The notes: generated from the sequence alone by a model not told the origin. A stretch of DNA of 27,045 nucleotides from Candidatus Heimdallarchaeota archaeon (GCA_018238545.1 JABCTC010000046.1:1-27045); one strand, 5' to 3'. Numbered from the stretch's first letter, positions 1 to 10,255 are shown. Made by a program: numbers and translations.

Positions 1-63
1 TGTATCAAAAAATTGATGAAAGAATAGTTCTATTAATTCTGTGATATCTAAGGAGGTTATTTA

Positions 64-168
64 ATGAGTGAAAAAAGAAAAAGTTATCCAAAAATAAATG
101 AATTTGAAGAAGAAATAGAAAGAATTTGGACTACAAAAGTTAAAGCAGATTTAGAAAATAATTATTAA
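64..168 (+). CDS. small hypothetical protein (34 aa, MSEKRKSYPKINEFEEEIERIWTTKVKADLENNY) or 5' part of a disrupted gene
   Basis: Read by hand: SD AAGGAGGT at 50-57, ATG at 64, TAA at 166-168; charged, helix-like composition. Below the ORF-track cutoff. Confidence 0.45.
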   Translation: MSEKRKSYPKINEFEEEIERIWTTKVKADLENNY

Positions 169-370
169 CTCAGCTAGTAAACCTACATCTAAAAAAGCAA
201 ATAAAAATAAATGAGAAAGAGATTGGAAGGGGAAGACTTTACACTGACCGAATTCACATGGATGGGTAGAAAGTGGAAAGGAAAAAATCATTGTCAGTTA
301 TATAAGCATTGGGGAAGCTGAAAGGTCAATAGTAAAAAAAGAAAAAAAATAAGCTATGAAAATAAACTTT

Positions 371-1387
371 CTATTTATTCTTCTTTCTAATATTAGCTGC
401 TATCATAACAAGAGGAATAACAAAAATAGTGAGAATGGATATATAGTTTATTTGAAATTCAGCTATTGTTACTAAGGGTGATTCACCAAGTGGATAGAGA
501 TCAACAGAACTAGCAGAACCATCAATTGCGTAGTTTCCAGTACCAATCCATTCATTCCAGTAATTACCAACGTTCATTAAAGGGTCATACCAAGTATTGT
601 TAACACCATCATCGTACCCCTGAGAGCTTCCACCTAAATTGTTGTTAACAAAGGCATTGTTATGGATAATGTTATCTTTTGACGCAGAGCCCATGAAGAT
701 TCCGTGTTCATAACAATCCCGTATGTAATTGTATGAAAAAACGCACGATTCTGTTTCCCAGAATGTGACTCCCTTATCATTGTTATGAAGAGTGTTGTTA
801 GTAACAGTTAAAAAACTAGAGCCATACATTTGCACTCCTTCCCATCCAAGATTATTGCAAGTGTTATTTATTATTGCTGAATAACTACAAAGTGATACTT
901 GAATACCTATATACTCGTTATTACTACAACTGTTATTCTCAACAATTGAATTATCAGTACTTTCTAGACAAATGCCATAATAATTATTGATACACGTATT
1001 GTTGATTATAGTGACTGTTCCATTCGCTACATTATCCACAAAAATACCATTGTAGTATGCATCAATGTAACAATCTTTAATTACAAAATGTTTTGTTGTG
1101 TATGTTACACAGATTCCGTCCTCATTTGTAGATGTGATGTTGTAACCTTCAATAATGTAAGGGTTTTCTGATGTACCCTCTCCAGGGAAACCATAATGAG
1201 TAAAATTATCATCATGAGTTATTTTGATAGGAGTGTGAGGAGTATAAAAGAAAGATATACTATTGCTATTTTGTTGATTACTAATGGCAGTTGTAGTCAT
1301 TGAGTTTATTCCCATGGTTAATATTAGAACAAAAAAAATAATCGAAAGTCCTTTTGTTAGTTTACAAGAAATATTGTCCGTTTTCAA
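371..1387 (-). CDS. NosD/right-handed parallel beta-helix surface protein with C-terminal membrane anchor
   Basis: Hydrophobic N-terminal signal; FPGEGTSENPYIIEGYNI cap; repeated I.NNxCxNN..GI units; GNYW...D.YPL motif; ends AEF + TM helix + RKKNK. TTG start. Confidence 0.88.
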   Translation of the reverse strand: MKTDNISCKLTKGLSIIFFVLILTMGINSMTTTAISNQQNSNSISFFYTPHTPIKITHDDNFTHYGFPGEGTSENPYIIEGYNITSTNEDGICVTYTTKHFVIKDCYIDAYYNGIFVDNVANGTVTIINNTCINNYYGICLESTDNSIVENNSCSNNEYIGIQVSLCSYSAIINNTCNNLGWEGVQMYGSSFLTVTNNTLHNNDKGVTFWETESCVFSYNYIRDCYEHGIFMGSASKDNIIHNNAFVNNNLGGSSQGYDDGVNNTWYDPLMNVGNYWNEWIGTGNYAIDGSASSVDLYPLGESPLVTIAEFQINYISILTIFVIPLVMIAANIRKKNK

Positions 1388-1665
1388 TTTTTACCACTAA
1401 AGTATAGTACTTGCTTAAAATTATAGACACTGACATTATAACTTTTACTCCTTGTAACAGGAAAAAGATTTGTTATTTTACTAATTTTTCATAATCACTA
1501 CTTCAATCCATGAATTATATAATAAGATCTTGACTGTAGTTTTCCGATAGTACAGTAATGAACAAATCTTGCCAGGGAGGGGGAGAAATAAAGTAATAAG
1601 CATTTTTTATGCTTTTCTAATCTAACCATTATTTTCTGTTTAATTTTTCAAAAAGTTTGAAACAC

Positions 1666-1698
1666 TTTTTTTTTCTTCTTCTTCTTCTTCTTCTTCTT
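1666..1698. repeat. T9 followed by (CTT)8 microsatellite
   Basis: Directly visible: tttttttttcttcttcttcttcttcttcttctt. Confidence 0.9.
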
Positions 1699-1754
1699 AA
1701 TATGTATTAAAATTAAAAACTAAGAATGAAAACAAAGCTTAAAGAAATTCACAT

Positions 1755-2333
1755 TTACTCCTCTAATATTGGTTGTTCCCCCAATACTTGCAAGGATAGT
1801 CTCAAAGAAGACAAAGAAAGAATAGAGCAGAGGATGAAAAGAATCTTATCTAGAATACTAAAAGTTAACGAAGAATGAAGTTCTATGAGTTCTTCCATCA
1901 TGCCTATTAATCTTTTTGCTTTTACTTTTCTAGCTTTTATTAGCATTTTTAACTGATTTACTGCACCTAATTTTATTGGAGCGAAATCGAAAAGATCTCT
2001 GACCAATGTATGTGTAGGATACATGTATGGAGCTAGAAACAATCCCTTGTCTTCTATGAATTTATCTAGATACACTGCCATAACGGGTTCATTCTTCATA
2101 CCTACATCTTCAGTATAACCATAAGTTGATTGAAAAACGTCAAGTGAGATTCCTTTCCCCGCTTCTTTAACCCCTGAATGTTGCAGTATCCTTGGAGTTT
2201 CAAGAGCTCCTGCAGATAGAATAATATTCTTCCCATATACTTTGCTAGTTGAACCATTAGTAGTTATACTAACCCCTACTACTTTTCCGTTCTCGTGCAA
2301 GACTTTCCTTACTTCGGAATTAAGAAGAAGCAT
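1755..2333 (-). pseudogene. GMC-family FAD oxidoreductase fragment
   Basis: EVRKVLHENGKVVGV...IILSAGALETPRILQHSG...AGKG is the central GMC segment. There is no N-terminal GxGxxG or C-terminal catalytic region, and the last 46 aa after LIGMM (~1896) look unrelated. Confidence 0.75.
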
Positions 2334-2366
2334 TTGTTCTACAAAGTACTTTCAATTCCTCAACTG

Positions 2367-3326
2367 CTATTTTTCTGATTTTTGCAAATACTCTCTTCCT
2401 CTAATTAGAAGATAAATTACAAAGAACAGAATAAGAGACATCCCTAGCAACCATGTAATTGAAATGATTATATTCCAAACTTCCTGAACTAGAAAAATAC
2501 AGTTTCCTCGCTGATAGGAAATAAAATACTCTGTACCCACCCATGATAGTCCTATAAGAATAAGTCTCAGAATGCTTGTTGGTAATATCTCAAGTATAGC
2601 TTTTTTCTTCATTATTATTGGTCGAATGAAACTAATAATAGATACGAGAGCGATCAGAATAAGAAATAGTATTGTTGAGAAGTGGACATTACTTACTAAT
2701 CCCAGTCCACATCCATATCCTGTATTGGGATAAATAATTGGTAAGGTAGAATAGAACAATAAAACTACAATAACTAGCAATATTTCATAAGCAATATATG
2801 AAAAAGTTTTCCATAATTTGGCAGAAAATGTCTTTAAAGTTTGAAACCTAAAAATCTCATGCAGTTTAGTTTGCTTTATGTTTTTTACAATTAGGTAAAT
2901 AAGCGGTAGAGCTAAGAAACATGGAAGAGCAATAAAGGAGTGAATCGTTACCCAAATGCGATAGTTAATACAGAACTTTTCAAACCAGTTAATTAAATAA
3001 TACAAACCTAATAGAGCCATTATTAGGTTTACTAAACGCTGATTCAAGAATAGACGTTTATGTCTTTCATCTTGTATTTTATTGAATAGAAAATATAGGA
3101 AGACGAGAATAGAGAAAACATTGAGAAAACTAATTATTACTATATCAAAAACTGATATTCTGGTTGGTACCACCATAATGCATCCAACAGGAACTACTCT
3201 TAGAATAAATTTTAAGAGAAATCCAGAAATCAAGAATGTCAATACCAACTCTGCAATATTTGCAGTACCTTTGAAACTTCTTAGCACTATTACTTCCACA
3301 TCCTTCAGATATAAACCAACCCACAA
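2367..3326 (-). CDS. multi-pass integral membrane protein of unknown function
   Basis: About 8-9 hydrophobic segments in two similar halves. The true start may be a downstream GTG (VLRSFKG) after GAAGGATGTG. Confidence 0.7.
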   Translation of the reverse strand: MWVGLYLKDVEVIVLRSFKGTANIAELVLTFLISGFLLKFILRVVPVGCIMVVPTRISVFDIVIISFLNVFSILVFLYFLFNKIQDERHKRLFLNQRLVNLIMALLGLYYLINWFEKFCINYRIWVTIHSFIALPCFLALPLIYLIVKNIKQTKLHEIFRFQTLKTFSAKLWKTFSYIAYEILLVIVVLLFYSTLPIIYPNTGYGCGLGLVSNVHFSTILFLILIALVSIISFIRPIIMKKKAILEILPTSILRLILIGLSWVGTEYFISYQRGNCIFLVQEVWNIIISITWLLGMSLILFFVIYLLIRGREYLQKSEK

Positions 3327-3689
3327 TGCCTATTAACATTTTTGGTTAAATAATAGATAATGCTCTCAACACCGTAGTCAACTAATAAACCACGTATTTC
3401 CTTAATATACATCTGAAAATTAAGCCAATTATCAATCATTGAAAGTGCTTTTTTGTATCTTCCCATCTTATCCATAATACTCAAAAGGAAATCATAAGCA
3501 CTTAAAATTCTTTTCTGCTAGTTTTCTTACTATCAAGATAATTTATTGAAGGATCGTGAAGAAATTACTAAAGTGATAGAATCACTTTTACTCAATATAG
3601 ATAAAGGAAAATATTATTCACCTTGAACAGTTTATTTTTGGTATAAAATTAAAATGAGATTAGTGAATTAACTTCACTTTTTTATCTCT

Positions 3690-3866
3690 TTAATAGCCAT
3701 AAAACATTGAATTATAATTAGCTCTTATTCGAGATTTGTTAATATTCTTATGTGTTATCTGGCCATTTCTTCTATGTAGTTTTGTATGATTCTTTTTTAG
3801 TTTTGATCTAGGTTCATAGAAGCGAATACCTAAACCAAGAATCTTCTTATTATTTTGTGTTGCCAT
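3690..3866 (-). CDS. small ORF or truncated gene divergent from the HTH_10 regulator
   Basis: GTGAT SD-like site precedes ATG at 3866 (MATQNNKKILGLGIRF...). The C-terminal half looks low-information, so it may be a remnant. Confidence 0.3.
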   Translation of the reverse strand: MATQNNKKILGLGIRFYEPRSKLKKNHTKLHRRNGQITHKNINKSRIRANYNSMFYGY

Positions 3867-3968
3867 ATTTATCACAAGAATACATACTCTTTCACACGAA
3901 TAAGTCTTTATGTGTCATACGACGGGCATTTAAAAAGGATTATAAATAACTAGCTTAAAAATATCTTA

Positions 3969-4631
3969 ATGATCAGAAGTAAGATTGCAATTAGTACAAC
4001 TCATTATTACTCATGTGAGGTTACAAAGAAGCTTCCTGTTCGAATTACTGTATTAACAGTTAAAGGACCAGAAGGTCTGGGTTTTGCTGAGGCTTTAGAT
4101 AAGAAAAAAGAAACCCTTGATGAGTATGTTAAGCTAATGAAGAAGTCTAATCAAATCAGTAAATTTAGAGTCACGCATAAGACTCCTACTATGTACTGGA
4201 ATAAAAGTAAACATAAGCTTGATTTCCCTTCTATTAACGATTCTATTTTAGAAAGCGGAAGCATGACTATATTACCAATTATTATAGAAAATGGGATTCA
4301 GTATCACAATATTCTCTCTCCTAGTGCGGAAAGTTTTAGGAAATTGTTAACATATTTAAAGGAAAGATTTGCTGATGTTGACATAAGAGCTCTATCATCT
4401 AAACCTACTGAAACTCTACAAGATTTCTTGACTGACAAGCAATACGAAACATTGATGCTTGCTCATAGAAAGGGATATTACAAAATCCCTAGGAAGATCA
4501 CTCTTGAAGAAATAGGGGAAGAATTGGGTGTTAAGAGAGTTGCATGTCAAGAAAGAATACGAAGAGCAGAACAAAAAATCATTGATTATTATGTAAAAGA
4601 TAGTTTGTTTGGTGAATATGAATTCAGTTGA
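3969..4631 (+). CDS. bacterio-opsin activator (HTH_10) family transcriptional regulator
   Basis: C-terminal LTDKQYETLMLAHRKGYYKIPRKITLEEIGEELGV...ERIRRAEQKI matches the archaeal HTH_10 signature. Confidence 0.92.
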   Translation: MIRSKIAISTTHYYSCEVTKKLPVRITVLTVKGPEGLGFAEALDKKKETLDEYVKLMKKSNQISKFRVTHKTPTMYWNKSKHKLDFPSINDSILESGSMTILPIIIENGIQYHNILSPSAESFRKLLTYLKERFADVDIRALSSKPTETLQDFLTDKQYETLMLAHRKGYYKIPRKITLEEIGEELGVKRVACQERIRRAEQKIIDYYVKDSLFGEYEFS

Positions 4632-4727
4632 TTAATTGATATTTACAAAAAGAAGAAGAAAATAGTAGCAGTTATATCACAAGTGTTGACATAGTATTAT
4701 AAATGTTTATGGCAGTATTTCTTCATA

Positions 4728-5819
4728 ATGTCACAAAGAAATCTAATTAGTATCACTTTCCTTCTAATTACAAGTATTTTCATACTTCAGCCACTAACTT
4801 CCAATAGTTTGGCAGAAAATACTATTGATACCCATATTTCCTCTTCATGTACGATTTTTACTGCTACAATTGGCGATACTGTTTATTTTGGTAACAATGA
4901 GGATTACAAATACAATAATGCTTACAGATGGTATATTCCCGCACAGAACGTTTCAACACAATATTTTGGTATTAAGGAAATATATGGCTCTGTCTTCTTT
5001 GGTTTCGATAACAACAATGATTCTAATGTAGATGGCTGGGAACAAGGAGGGATGAACGAGCATGGATTATGTTATGATGGTAATGGTCTCCCCGATGTTC
5101 CATTAAATCTTGATCCACTTGCTTCGTATCCTTACACTCCCAATGCTCTTGCTCAAGTTTTATGGGATTGTAAGAATGTAACAGAAGTTATCACTTGGTA
5201 TCAGGATATTAAATGGAGTGGCTCTTTTGGGGGCCAAATCCATTATGCAGATAGTACTGGAGATGCTGTAGTTGTCGGTGTTAATTCTACAGGCCAATGG
5301 GTTTTTACCAGGATCGAGACTGCTTACCTAGTTTCAACCAACTTCAATCTAGATAATGTTACACATGGTCATTACCCTTGTGATAGATATAATACAGCGA
5401 CACAAATGCTAGGAGATATAACAGCTGAAGAAGATTTGACAGTCTCTACATGTGCAAATATACTCCACGAAGTTCATCAGGAAGGAACTTATGCTACTAA
5501 GTATAGTAACATCTGTGATCCTGTCAATCTAGACTTTTACTTCAACTGTGGAGAAAACTTCACAGATAGTGAGAAATTCAATCTTATAGACAAACTTGCT
5601 GAAACAGAATCATTTGAGGAAGAAGATAGCTTCTTTGGAGTTACAGGTGTAACTGAAGGAGTTTTAGTAAGAACAGAGAAGATTGATATTCAGTATGAGA
5701 CAGAATTGGAAACAGAAGAAACAAGTGGACTGACTATTTTCACTGTTTTAGTAGGTATTTCATTTTGTGTAGTAATGTACTCAATATTTAGAAAGAGAAG
5801 AATTACTTCTTCTTTTTAA
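4728..5819 (+). CDS. secreted, membrane-anchored Ntn-hydrolase (choloylglycine hydrolase / C45 / NAAA-like)
   Basis: Signal peptide, then S-CTIF..G..YFGNNED with the N-terminal nucleophile Cys; GGMNEHGL; STNF...CDRY; C-terminal ETSGL + TM + RKRR. Confidence 0.88.
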   Translation: MSQRNLISITFLLITSIFILQPLTSNSLAENTIDTHISSSCTIFTATIGDTVYFGNNEDYKYNNAYRWYIPAQNVSTQYFGIKEIYGSVFFGFDNNNDSNVDGWEQGGMNEHGLCYDGNGLPDVPLNLDPLASYPYTPNALAQVLWDCKNVTEVITWYQDIKWSGSFGGQIHYADSTGDAVVVGVNSTGQWVFTRIETAYLVSTNFNLDNVTHGHYPCDRYNTATQMLGDITAEEDLTVSTCANILHEVHQEGTYATKYSNICDPVNLDFYFNCGENFTDSEKFNLIDKLAETESFEEEDSFFGVTGVTEGVLVRTEKIDIQYETELETEETSGLTIFTVLVGISFCVVMYSIFRKRRITSSF

Positions 5820-7254
5820 CTTTCTTTACAGCTCTAATCCCAGTGATAATTCCTATAATTGTCCCTAAAATGAAAGTTATTCCTGTTCCAATGAAAAAGT
5901 GCCAACCATTTTGAGATAAAGCAGAAGAGACGCTAACCATCACTATTCCAACAAAGAAATTTAAATTCCCATCTAAAAATTCTAGAAACGTTCCTATTGC
6001 TTCAAACCCTTCTCCTTTACCTTTCATTCGGATCAGTGTATCTACAAATATCCAACCAGCAAGCCCCCATATCGCGCTCAAATTGCTTATACAGAAAGTT
6101 TGATTGGGACTAAGTAGATAGAACATCGCGTTTCCTAAGAAACCAAATCCAAGATATACTATTGGGAATATCCATTTTGGAAAAGTTCTTTCCATTCTTC
6201 TTCCATAAACAAATAGACACCACAAAAATGTAAACAAAACAACTATTCCAGAATATATTTGTAAACCAGGTATTGAGGATAACCAACTTATATCATCCAA
6301 AAATGATGAACCATAAGTATAGAAAACACCTGTAAAAATATGCCAGAAGCCACTTTCTACAACTGCTGCATTGCTCTGAGCTGAGAGATTTGCATAACCT
6401 CCATTCATTGAATAAACGATTATGAAAGTCAGAATATATGCAAAAACAAATGAGAGTGTTAACCAGTAATTTTTGAAAGAGCTCTTGATAGGTGTGAGAA
6501 TTTTCTTGTGGAAGAAACCTGTTTTAACAAATTTATAACCTAGTTTTTCAGCTTGTTCATAATCTTTCTTAGCATCATCAAATTTACCCATTTTAACATA
6601 AACATCAGATCTTGTTTTATAGAAAACATTGTTTGAAGGGTCTAGTTCTATTGCGCTGTTGATGTGTTCAATTGCATCCTCCAGTTTCTCTTGTTCTGAA
6701 TAAATAATCGCTATATTTGCATGAGCCCAGCTGCTCTGATCATTGAGCTTAAGAGCATCCTCAAAATCGCTAAGAGCTCGGTTATACTCTTTGAGATGCA
6801 TCAACGCTCCTCCTCTATTGTGGAAAAACTGTGCTTCATTTTTCTCATATTGAAGGGCTTTATCAAAATATTTCAAGGCTTTTTTCATCTCTACTCTTTG
6901 ATAATAGACGACACCTATATTTTCATATCCCCAAGCATTTTCTGGGTTGAGCTCTATAGATTTTTCATAATTCTTTACTGCCTTATCGAATTTCTTTGTG
7001 CTAAAGTATACATTAGCTAGATTGTGGTGAAACAGATAATTAGTGTTATCAAGTTCTATAGCTTTATTTAGATCAGCTAATGATTTAGCAAACTTATTTT
7101 GTTCAAAATAGATTCTACCTCTATATCCCACAGCTCTAGCATTATTTTGATCTAGTTCTATTGCTTTAGTATAGCTAGCAAAAGCTTTGTCTTTCTCTCC
7201 ATTCTTATAGAAATCAATACCTTCTTCAACAAGTTCTTCAGCGTCTTGACTCAT
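5803..7254 (-). CDS. TPR-repeat protein fused to a C-terminal rhomboid-like membrane domain (catalytic motif degenerate)
   Basis: About 7 TPRs in aa 1-240 (A...rG.....A...Y.KAIEL.P). Then rhomboid-type motifs GFWHIFTGVF, LFVYGRRMER, IVYLGFGFLGN, SAIWGL, but no GxSG. Overlaps the convergent gene by 17 bp. Confidence 0.82.
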   Translation of the reverse strand: MSQDAEELVEEGIDFYKNGEKDKAFASYTKAIELDQNNARAVGYRGRIYFEQNKFAKSLADLNKAIELDNTNYLFHHNLANVYFSTKKFDKAVKNYEKSIELNPENAWGYENIGVVYYQRVEMKKALKYFDKALQYEKNEAQFFHNRGGALMHLKEYNRALSDFEDALKLNDQSSWAHANIAIIYSEQEKLEDAIEHINSAIELDPSNNVFYKTRSDVYVKMGKFDDAKKDYEQAEKLGYKFVKTGFFHKKILTPIKSSFKNYWLTLSFVFAYILTFIIVYSMNGGYANLSAQSNAAVVESGFWHIFTGVFYTYGSSFLDDISWLSSIPGLQIYSGIVVLFTFLWCLFVYGRRMERTFPKWIFPIVYLGFGFLGNAMFYLLSPNQTFCISNLSAIWGLAGWIFVDTLIRMKGKGEGFEAIGTFLEFLDGNLNFFVGIVMVSVSSALSQNGWHFFIGTGITFILGTIIGIITGIRAVKKVKKKK

Positions 7255-7424
7255 TTTAGGTTCTCCAGATTAATACTGAACAGAAATTTGTATCCTCTTT
7301 TACATTTAAAGATAGTGCAAAAATTTTTCTAAGTTATGGTAGATTAATCTCAATAATATTTAATAACAAGATATAGCATTCTAATACTGTAATATATAAT
7401 AGCTAATTTTAGGAATGAACTAAC

Positions 7425-8582
7425 ATGAAAAAAAACAATCTAAAAATATCTATAATGCTAATTTTATCTCTATTAGTTTTTTATAATATATCTGCAAATA
7501 CAAACCTAACAAACCCATTGGCTTCAACATCTTCAACTATACCACCCTCCCTACCAGTGTTAGAAGATCTGGTTGATGCATTACCTATGACCATCGACAA
7601 TGATGTTGATTTTGAAACTTATGGATTCCCAGGAGATGGTTCAGTAGGCGATCCTTATCGTATAGAAAATTACAATATCACTACTAATGGTGATTATTGT
7701 CTTAATTTTGGCGGTTATACTACTAAACATTTCATCATTCAGAATTGTTATCTTAAGACAGATACTAATTATGCTATCTACTTTGGTAAATATCAAGATA
7801 TGGCTGAAGATACTATTAATGTTGAAAGTAACATAATAATCTCTACAGGTAATGATGCTCTCAAAATTGATGGGGCAATAGGAGGTAAAATTCAAGAAAA
7901 TTTCTTGATTGGTTTTACTGCTAGTTTGACACTTAGATCTAATTTTACTTATGTAAAGGATAACATGTGTTATTCAGAAATAGGTATCCATGTTCTTGAT
8001 TCTTATGGAGTTAAATTAGAAAGAAATGCTTGTAACGAAACTACTGGGACAGGAATAAGAGTGGAGAACTCAAATGAGATTACAATAACTCATAATAATT
8101 GTTCGAATAACGCTGGTACTGGAATTACAGCTGAAAATAGTCTTAATTTAACTATTTCTAATAACTACCTTAGGCACAATTTCTATGGTATGTGGATTTC
8201 GGGTTCATCAGGTAGTCTAATTACTAACAATCTTTTTGATTCTAGTACATCATACGGATTAACTATGACACTTTCTATAGGAACGAATAAGATATATCAT
8301 AATGCATTCTATGATAACAATCTTGTAGGAACTACAGTACAAGCATTGGATAACTCTGGTGAACAATGGTTTGATGAGGTGTTAGAAGAAGGGAACTTTT
8401 GGAATGATTTGAGTGGTGCGTCTAGTAGCTATTCTATAGATGGATCCGCTGGTTCTGAAGACCCTTATCCTTTAGATTTTGTTCCAGAGATTTCTGAATT
8501 TACTAGTGGTTACATATCATATCTCATGGTTACAATATTCTTAGCAATACCATTAGTTGTATATAGTAAAAAGAGGAAATAA
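7425..8582 (+). CDS. NosD/right-handed beta-helix surface protein with C-terminal anchor (paralogue of 371..1387)
   Basis: Signal peptide; YGFPGDGSVGDPYRIENYNIT; TTKHFIIQNCY shared with the paralogue; GNFW...DPYPL; ends VPEISEF + TM + KKRK. Confidence 0.9.
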   Translation: MKKNNLKISIMLILSLLVFYNISANTNLTNPLASTSSTIPPSLPVLEDLVDALPMTIDNDVDFETYGFPGDGSVGDPYRIENYNITTNGDYCLNFGGYTTKHFIIQNCYLKTDTNYAIYFGKYQDMAEDTINVESNIIISTGNDALKIDGAIGGKIQENFLIGFTASLTLRSNFTYVKDNMCYSEIGIHVLDSYGVKLERNACNETTGTGIRVENSNEITITHNNCSNNAGTGITAENSLNLTISNNYLRHNFYGMWISGSSGSLITNNLFDSSTSYGLTMTLSIGTNKIYHNAFYDNNLVGTTVQALDNSGEQWFDEVLEEGNFWNDLSGASSSYSIDGSAGSEDPYPLDFVPEISEFTSGYISYLMVTIFLAIPLVVYSKKRK

Positions 8583-8605
8583 TTTCCTTTTTCTCTATTT
8601 TCTAT
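8582..8605 (+). terminator. oligo-T archaeal terminator
   Basis: Pyrimidine tract tttcctttttctctattttc directly after the stop, in a convergent gap. Confidence 0.5.
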
Positions 8606-8698
8606 TCCAAATATTATTTTCTTTTTAGAATATAATCTGCACACACAAACTCAATTAGATTACCTTCTCATCCATCTGAACAATTACGCTTGAGATAT

Positions 8699-9862
8699 TT
8701 ATTTCTGTTTGAAATATGCTTCCATTCTATCAAACGCCTTATTGATTTCCTTCTCTGGAACGCAGAATGACAATCTTAGATGACTTTCTCCTGTTGGTCC
8801 AAAAGCTATTCCTGGTGTTGTTGATACTTTTGCTTCTCTTAACATTCTTTTACAAAATGCCGATGAGTCTTTCCCTTCTTCTAATTCTATCTTTGGGAAC
8901 ATCAAATACGACCCGCCAGGTTTATTATAGCTGAAAACATTATCAAGATTATCCAATCTATCACACATTAAATTTCTTGTAGCCAAATAGTGATCTCTAA
9001 ATTCATTTACGCATTTCTGTGATCCTTTTAACGCTGATATTGCTGCGTATTGTGAAACTACTGGGGCACATATTGTTAGAGGTATGTGCGTTTTGGTTAT
9101 ATGTGGAATTAATTCTTCATCAGCATGTAAATACCCAATCCTCCATCCTGTCATCGCATAGGTTTTTGTAAAGGTATAACAGCTTATAGCTTTCTTTCTC
9201 ATCTCAGGTATTGATGCAATGCTGAAATGTTTGTGATCATCAAACACGAAATATTCATAGGCTTCGTCTGTGATTATCATTAGATTATGCTCTAGAGCTA
9301 TCTCTGCTAATTGCCTCAACTGTTTTTCTGGAAAAACTGTTCCTGTTGGATTATTTGGTGAACAATAGATTATTGCTTTTGTCTTCGGTGTTATTGCTTT
9401 TCTTATTCCTTCTATATCCAAAGCATAGTTCTCTTCTTCGATTAATGGTACCATTACAGGTTTTCCAGATGCTAACCTAACCAATCTGATATGTGTAGAG
9501 TAAGTTGGTGAAGGTAAAATTACTTCATCTCCTGGATCTAGAATAGCAAAAACAGCTGCACATAAACCTTCTATTGCTCCAACTGTTGTAATTACTTCTG
9601 AAATACTAGTTTTTACAGCATTGTCTCTACCAAGTTTCTTTACAATCTCTTGTCGTAATTCTACTAATCCAGCGCTAGTTGTGTAACCTCCTACAAGACC
9701 ACTTTTTATTGCGTCAATAGCTCCTTCTTTAATGTGTTCAGGTGTATCTGATGTTGGTTTAGCCCAAGAAAGAAATGCTACATCATCTATTTCTTTTGAT
9801 AACCTTGTCATCTCATGGATTGCTGATTTTTTTATTCGTAAAATTTTTTCCGATATTCTCAT
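8699..9862 (-). CDS. PLP-dependent aminotransferase class I/II (aspartate aminotransferase-like)
   Basis: GYTTSAGLVELRQEI, SPNNPTG, DEAY, TFTKTYAMTGWRIG (Schiff-base Lys), PGIAFG...HLRLSF. Confidence 0.95.
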   Translation of the reverse strand: MRISEKILRIKKSAIHEMTRLSKEIDDVAFLSWAKPTSDTPEHIKEGAIDAIKSGLVGGYTTSAGLVELRQEIVKKLGRDNAVKTSISEVITTVGAIEGLCAAVFAILDPGDEVILPSPTYSTHIRLVRLASGKPVMVPLIEEENYALDIEGIRKAITPKTKAIIYCSPNNPTGTVFPEKQLRQLAEIALEHNLMIITDEAYEYFVFDDHKHFSIASIPEMRKKAISCYTFTKTYAMTGWRIGYLHADEELIPHITKTHIPLTICAPVVSQYAAISALKGSQKCVNEFRDHYLATRNLMCDRLDNLDNVFSYNKPGGSYLMFPKIELEEGKDSSAFCKRMLREAKVSTTPGIAFGPTGESHLRLSFCVPEKEINKAFDRMEAYFKQK

Positions 9863-10103
9863 TATATTCTTTCTTCCCTACAATCTCAAATATACCGAGT
9901 ACAATTTTTAAATATTTCCGAGTTTTTTCCTTCTTCTCTATTTTTATCTCCAGAAACTGGAATTAGAAAGAAAAGAATATTTCATCACTTATCTGACTGC
10001 ATGAATTTCATTTTTCACTTTCAAGATTGACCCTTCCTTTTAGTCAAACTACAATCTGTTCTTACAACTATTTGTAAATAAGTATCTGTAACTGTGGAAT
10101 TAA

Positions 10104-10122
10104 AAAAGAGAAGGTTTATATA
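10104..10122 (+). promoter_or_regulatory. BRE + TATA promoter for 10256..10909
   Basis: Purine-rich aaaagagaagg immediately followed by TTTATATA (10115-10122). Confidence 0.6.
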
Positions 10123-10255
10123 AATGTTAGATGCACCATCTTTCATTCGTCCTACTGAAATAAGTTTACTTCGATATTCAACAAAGAAAAATGTCTATAT
10201 GATATCTATCTCAACAATAAACAGTATTTCTATCGACGAAAAGGATGTAATTTAA

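Noticed and set aside
1448-1579. Nested inverted repeats (AAGATTTGTT/AACAAATCTT, CTCCTTG/CAGGGAG, ACTGTA/TACAGT)
   Set aside because: AT-rich with no riboswitch consensus (cobalamin core absent) and no evident target-site duplication; cannot be separated from chance without folding statistics.
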